19,259 nt of DNA, from assembly GCA_024626585.2 (NCBI GenBank), contig JANKJI020000004.1, positions 68,999,261 through 69,018,519 of the forward strand, written 5' to 3'. Below are positions 18,057 through 19,259 of this stretch, piece after piece. Within the stretch, counting starts at the first letter, position 1. Every line of letters begins with the position of its first letter. The notes beneath the pieces were generated by a model. That model made no database searches, was not told where the DNA came from, and saw nothing but the letters and a program-made list of their open reading frames with translations. This DNA comes from Ginkgo biloba. Lineage: Eukaryota; Plantae; Ginkgophyta. Position numbers and translations under genes: made by a program.

Positions 18057-19164
18057 AGATTGAGTTCAACAATGGTTGTGATGACAACTTTGAATTTTTC
18101 ATGGTCAATTAGCTATAGGATGCTTGCGAACTTAATGTTACCACATACACAGGAGCTATGATATTTTGGTGGAAGAAGATACTGATAAGCCAAAGGATGA
18201 AGAAATAATAAACCAAGATATTGACAATGACATAACGAAGGAAATTTGGCGAAAAAATTCAAAGAAGTTACTCATATTAACACCTTGCATGCTTTTAACT
18301 TCAAAAGAGTAGTATTACACAATTCGAGAAACATAAAACCTCGTATGAAACATTGGAAGATACATAGTGTATTCCGCCAGTTGGGGATATACACATTACG
18401 TAGTAACATAACACAAGTGGCGACAAAAAGCATGTAGAAGAGATAGAATGTTATGGGATGAGTAAAATTTGCCGTTGGACCCACCAAATCGAGAAGTGTT
18501 GGCTTAGGCCAGAGCTCAATCAACGCGTGTGGGTAAGTGAGTTGATATACTGCCAGCCATTAGACAACAAATTATTGTTGATCTTGGTGAAAGACAACTG
18601 CTGGACATGGTGCCATGAATGAAACATGAAGCACATAGATTAAATCTCCTATAGACATGTTGTGGTATGGTAAAGNNNNNNNNNNNNNNNNNNNCATAAA
18701 AAATGAAATAAGTAAAATATCCATAAAAATTTACAAATTATGAAAACCCATAAAAAGATGAAAATACAAGACAAAACAGGTACAACAATCTAGTTTATGA
18801 ATTCATGATCGTTGGTGGCAACTCCCTTGATATAGCAAGGGCCAACTCGAGGACAATCTAGCCCGAGGCAACAAATTAATCTTTGATAAAATGCAAGACA
18901 CATCGACATGATAAAGTAATAGAAGGAAGGAAGTATGATGATATAGGAAAAATACGTATGATAAAAAAGGGCACATAAGACAGATAATAGAAGAGACAAT
19001 GATNNNNNNNNNNGAACAAAGTGAATTAAAGGAGGCTCAAAAATTGTTTGTGTGTTAGGGGGCAGGATTGATCGCTAATTACCCCTACCCATTCTCATGC
19101 TCCTTTAAAAAACTTGCTCATCTTGCTTGCGCGAGGACACTCGGGATAATAGTGTTTGGTGATA

Positions 19165-19259
19165 TGTTAGTAGGATAATTGTGACATGATGACAACACGG
19201 CATAAACAAAGACAAAGAATCTAATAATGACAATAGAACAACGGAAGGACTCAATTATG
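19165..19259 (+). repeat. Start of 3' LTR
   Basis: It matches 13361-13455 without gaps, 73/95 identical by hand count, and is preceded by a GAGGAC motif (19133) of the kind seen upstream of gypsy PPTs. Confidence 0.8.

Larger units (their letters stand above)
2200..19012. other. Twelve N-runs (assembly gaps or masking)
   Basis: The runs are 2200-2278, 3355-3454, 5274-5746, 7393-7492, 10043-10062, 10270-10475, 12452-12527, 13851-13941, 15187-15992, 17091-17389, 18676-18694 and 19004-19012. Two are exactly 100 N, which is often an unknown-size placeholder. Confidence 0.95.
13341..19259 (+). mobile_element. Old non-chromoviral Ty3/gypsy (Athila-like PBS) LTR retrotransposon with gag and protease but no visible RT/RH/IN core; 3' LTR runs off the window
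   Basis: The 5' LTR, PBS, gag, three knuckles, protease and a second LTR copy occur in the right order on one strand. The element interrupts the L1 fragment. Confidence 0.75.

Noticed and set aside
1-19259. Intact host gene, endogenous virus or prokaryote-type defence system
   Set aside because: Every recognisable peptide is a stop-riddled retroelement relic. I found no intact exon chain, viral movement/capsid motif or operon-like structure.

Overview
This is AT-rich, gappy draft-assembly sequence (12 N-runs) from a eukaryote. By inference from the repeat types it is a large-genome seed plant, probably a gymnosperm. I find no intact protein-coding gene, RNA gene, CRISPR array or prokaryotic system. 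The ORF track is essentially noise, and many of its ORFs are inflated by Ns. The window is a stack of decayed, nested transposons. (i) A minus-strand Ty3/gypsy gag is cut by LTR insertions (1527-3100). (ii) A CRM-like chromovirus gag/zinc-knuckle/protease runs straight into a candidate PPT+LTR (3455-4260). (iii) A ~320-bp foldback/MITE lies at 4502-4824. (iv) A Tat/Ogre-type gag (6629-7392) is followed by a ~2.2-kb antisense fossil ORF with a PMD-like N-terminus, an acidic linker and a coiled coil (7493-9733), possibly with a 5' intron. (v) A second Tat/Ogre-like gag-protease relic lies at 10810-11930. (vi) An L1 LINE ORF2 fragment lies at 12530-13320. (vii) An old LTR element from 13341 to the window end has two ~77%-identical LTR starts, a decayed tRNA-Asp-type PBS, gag with three CCHC knuckles and a protease, but no RT/RNase H/integrase core. 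The best leads are the fossil accessory ORF and the repeated gag+protease-without-RT architecture. All translations and alignments were done by hand, and no database searches were run.
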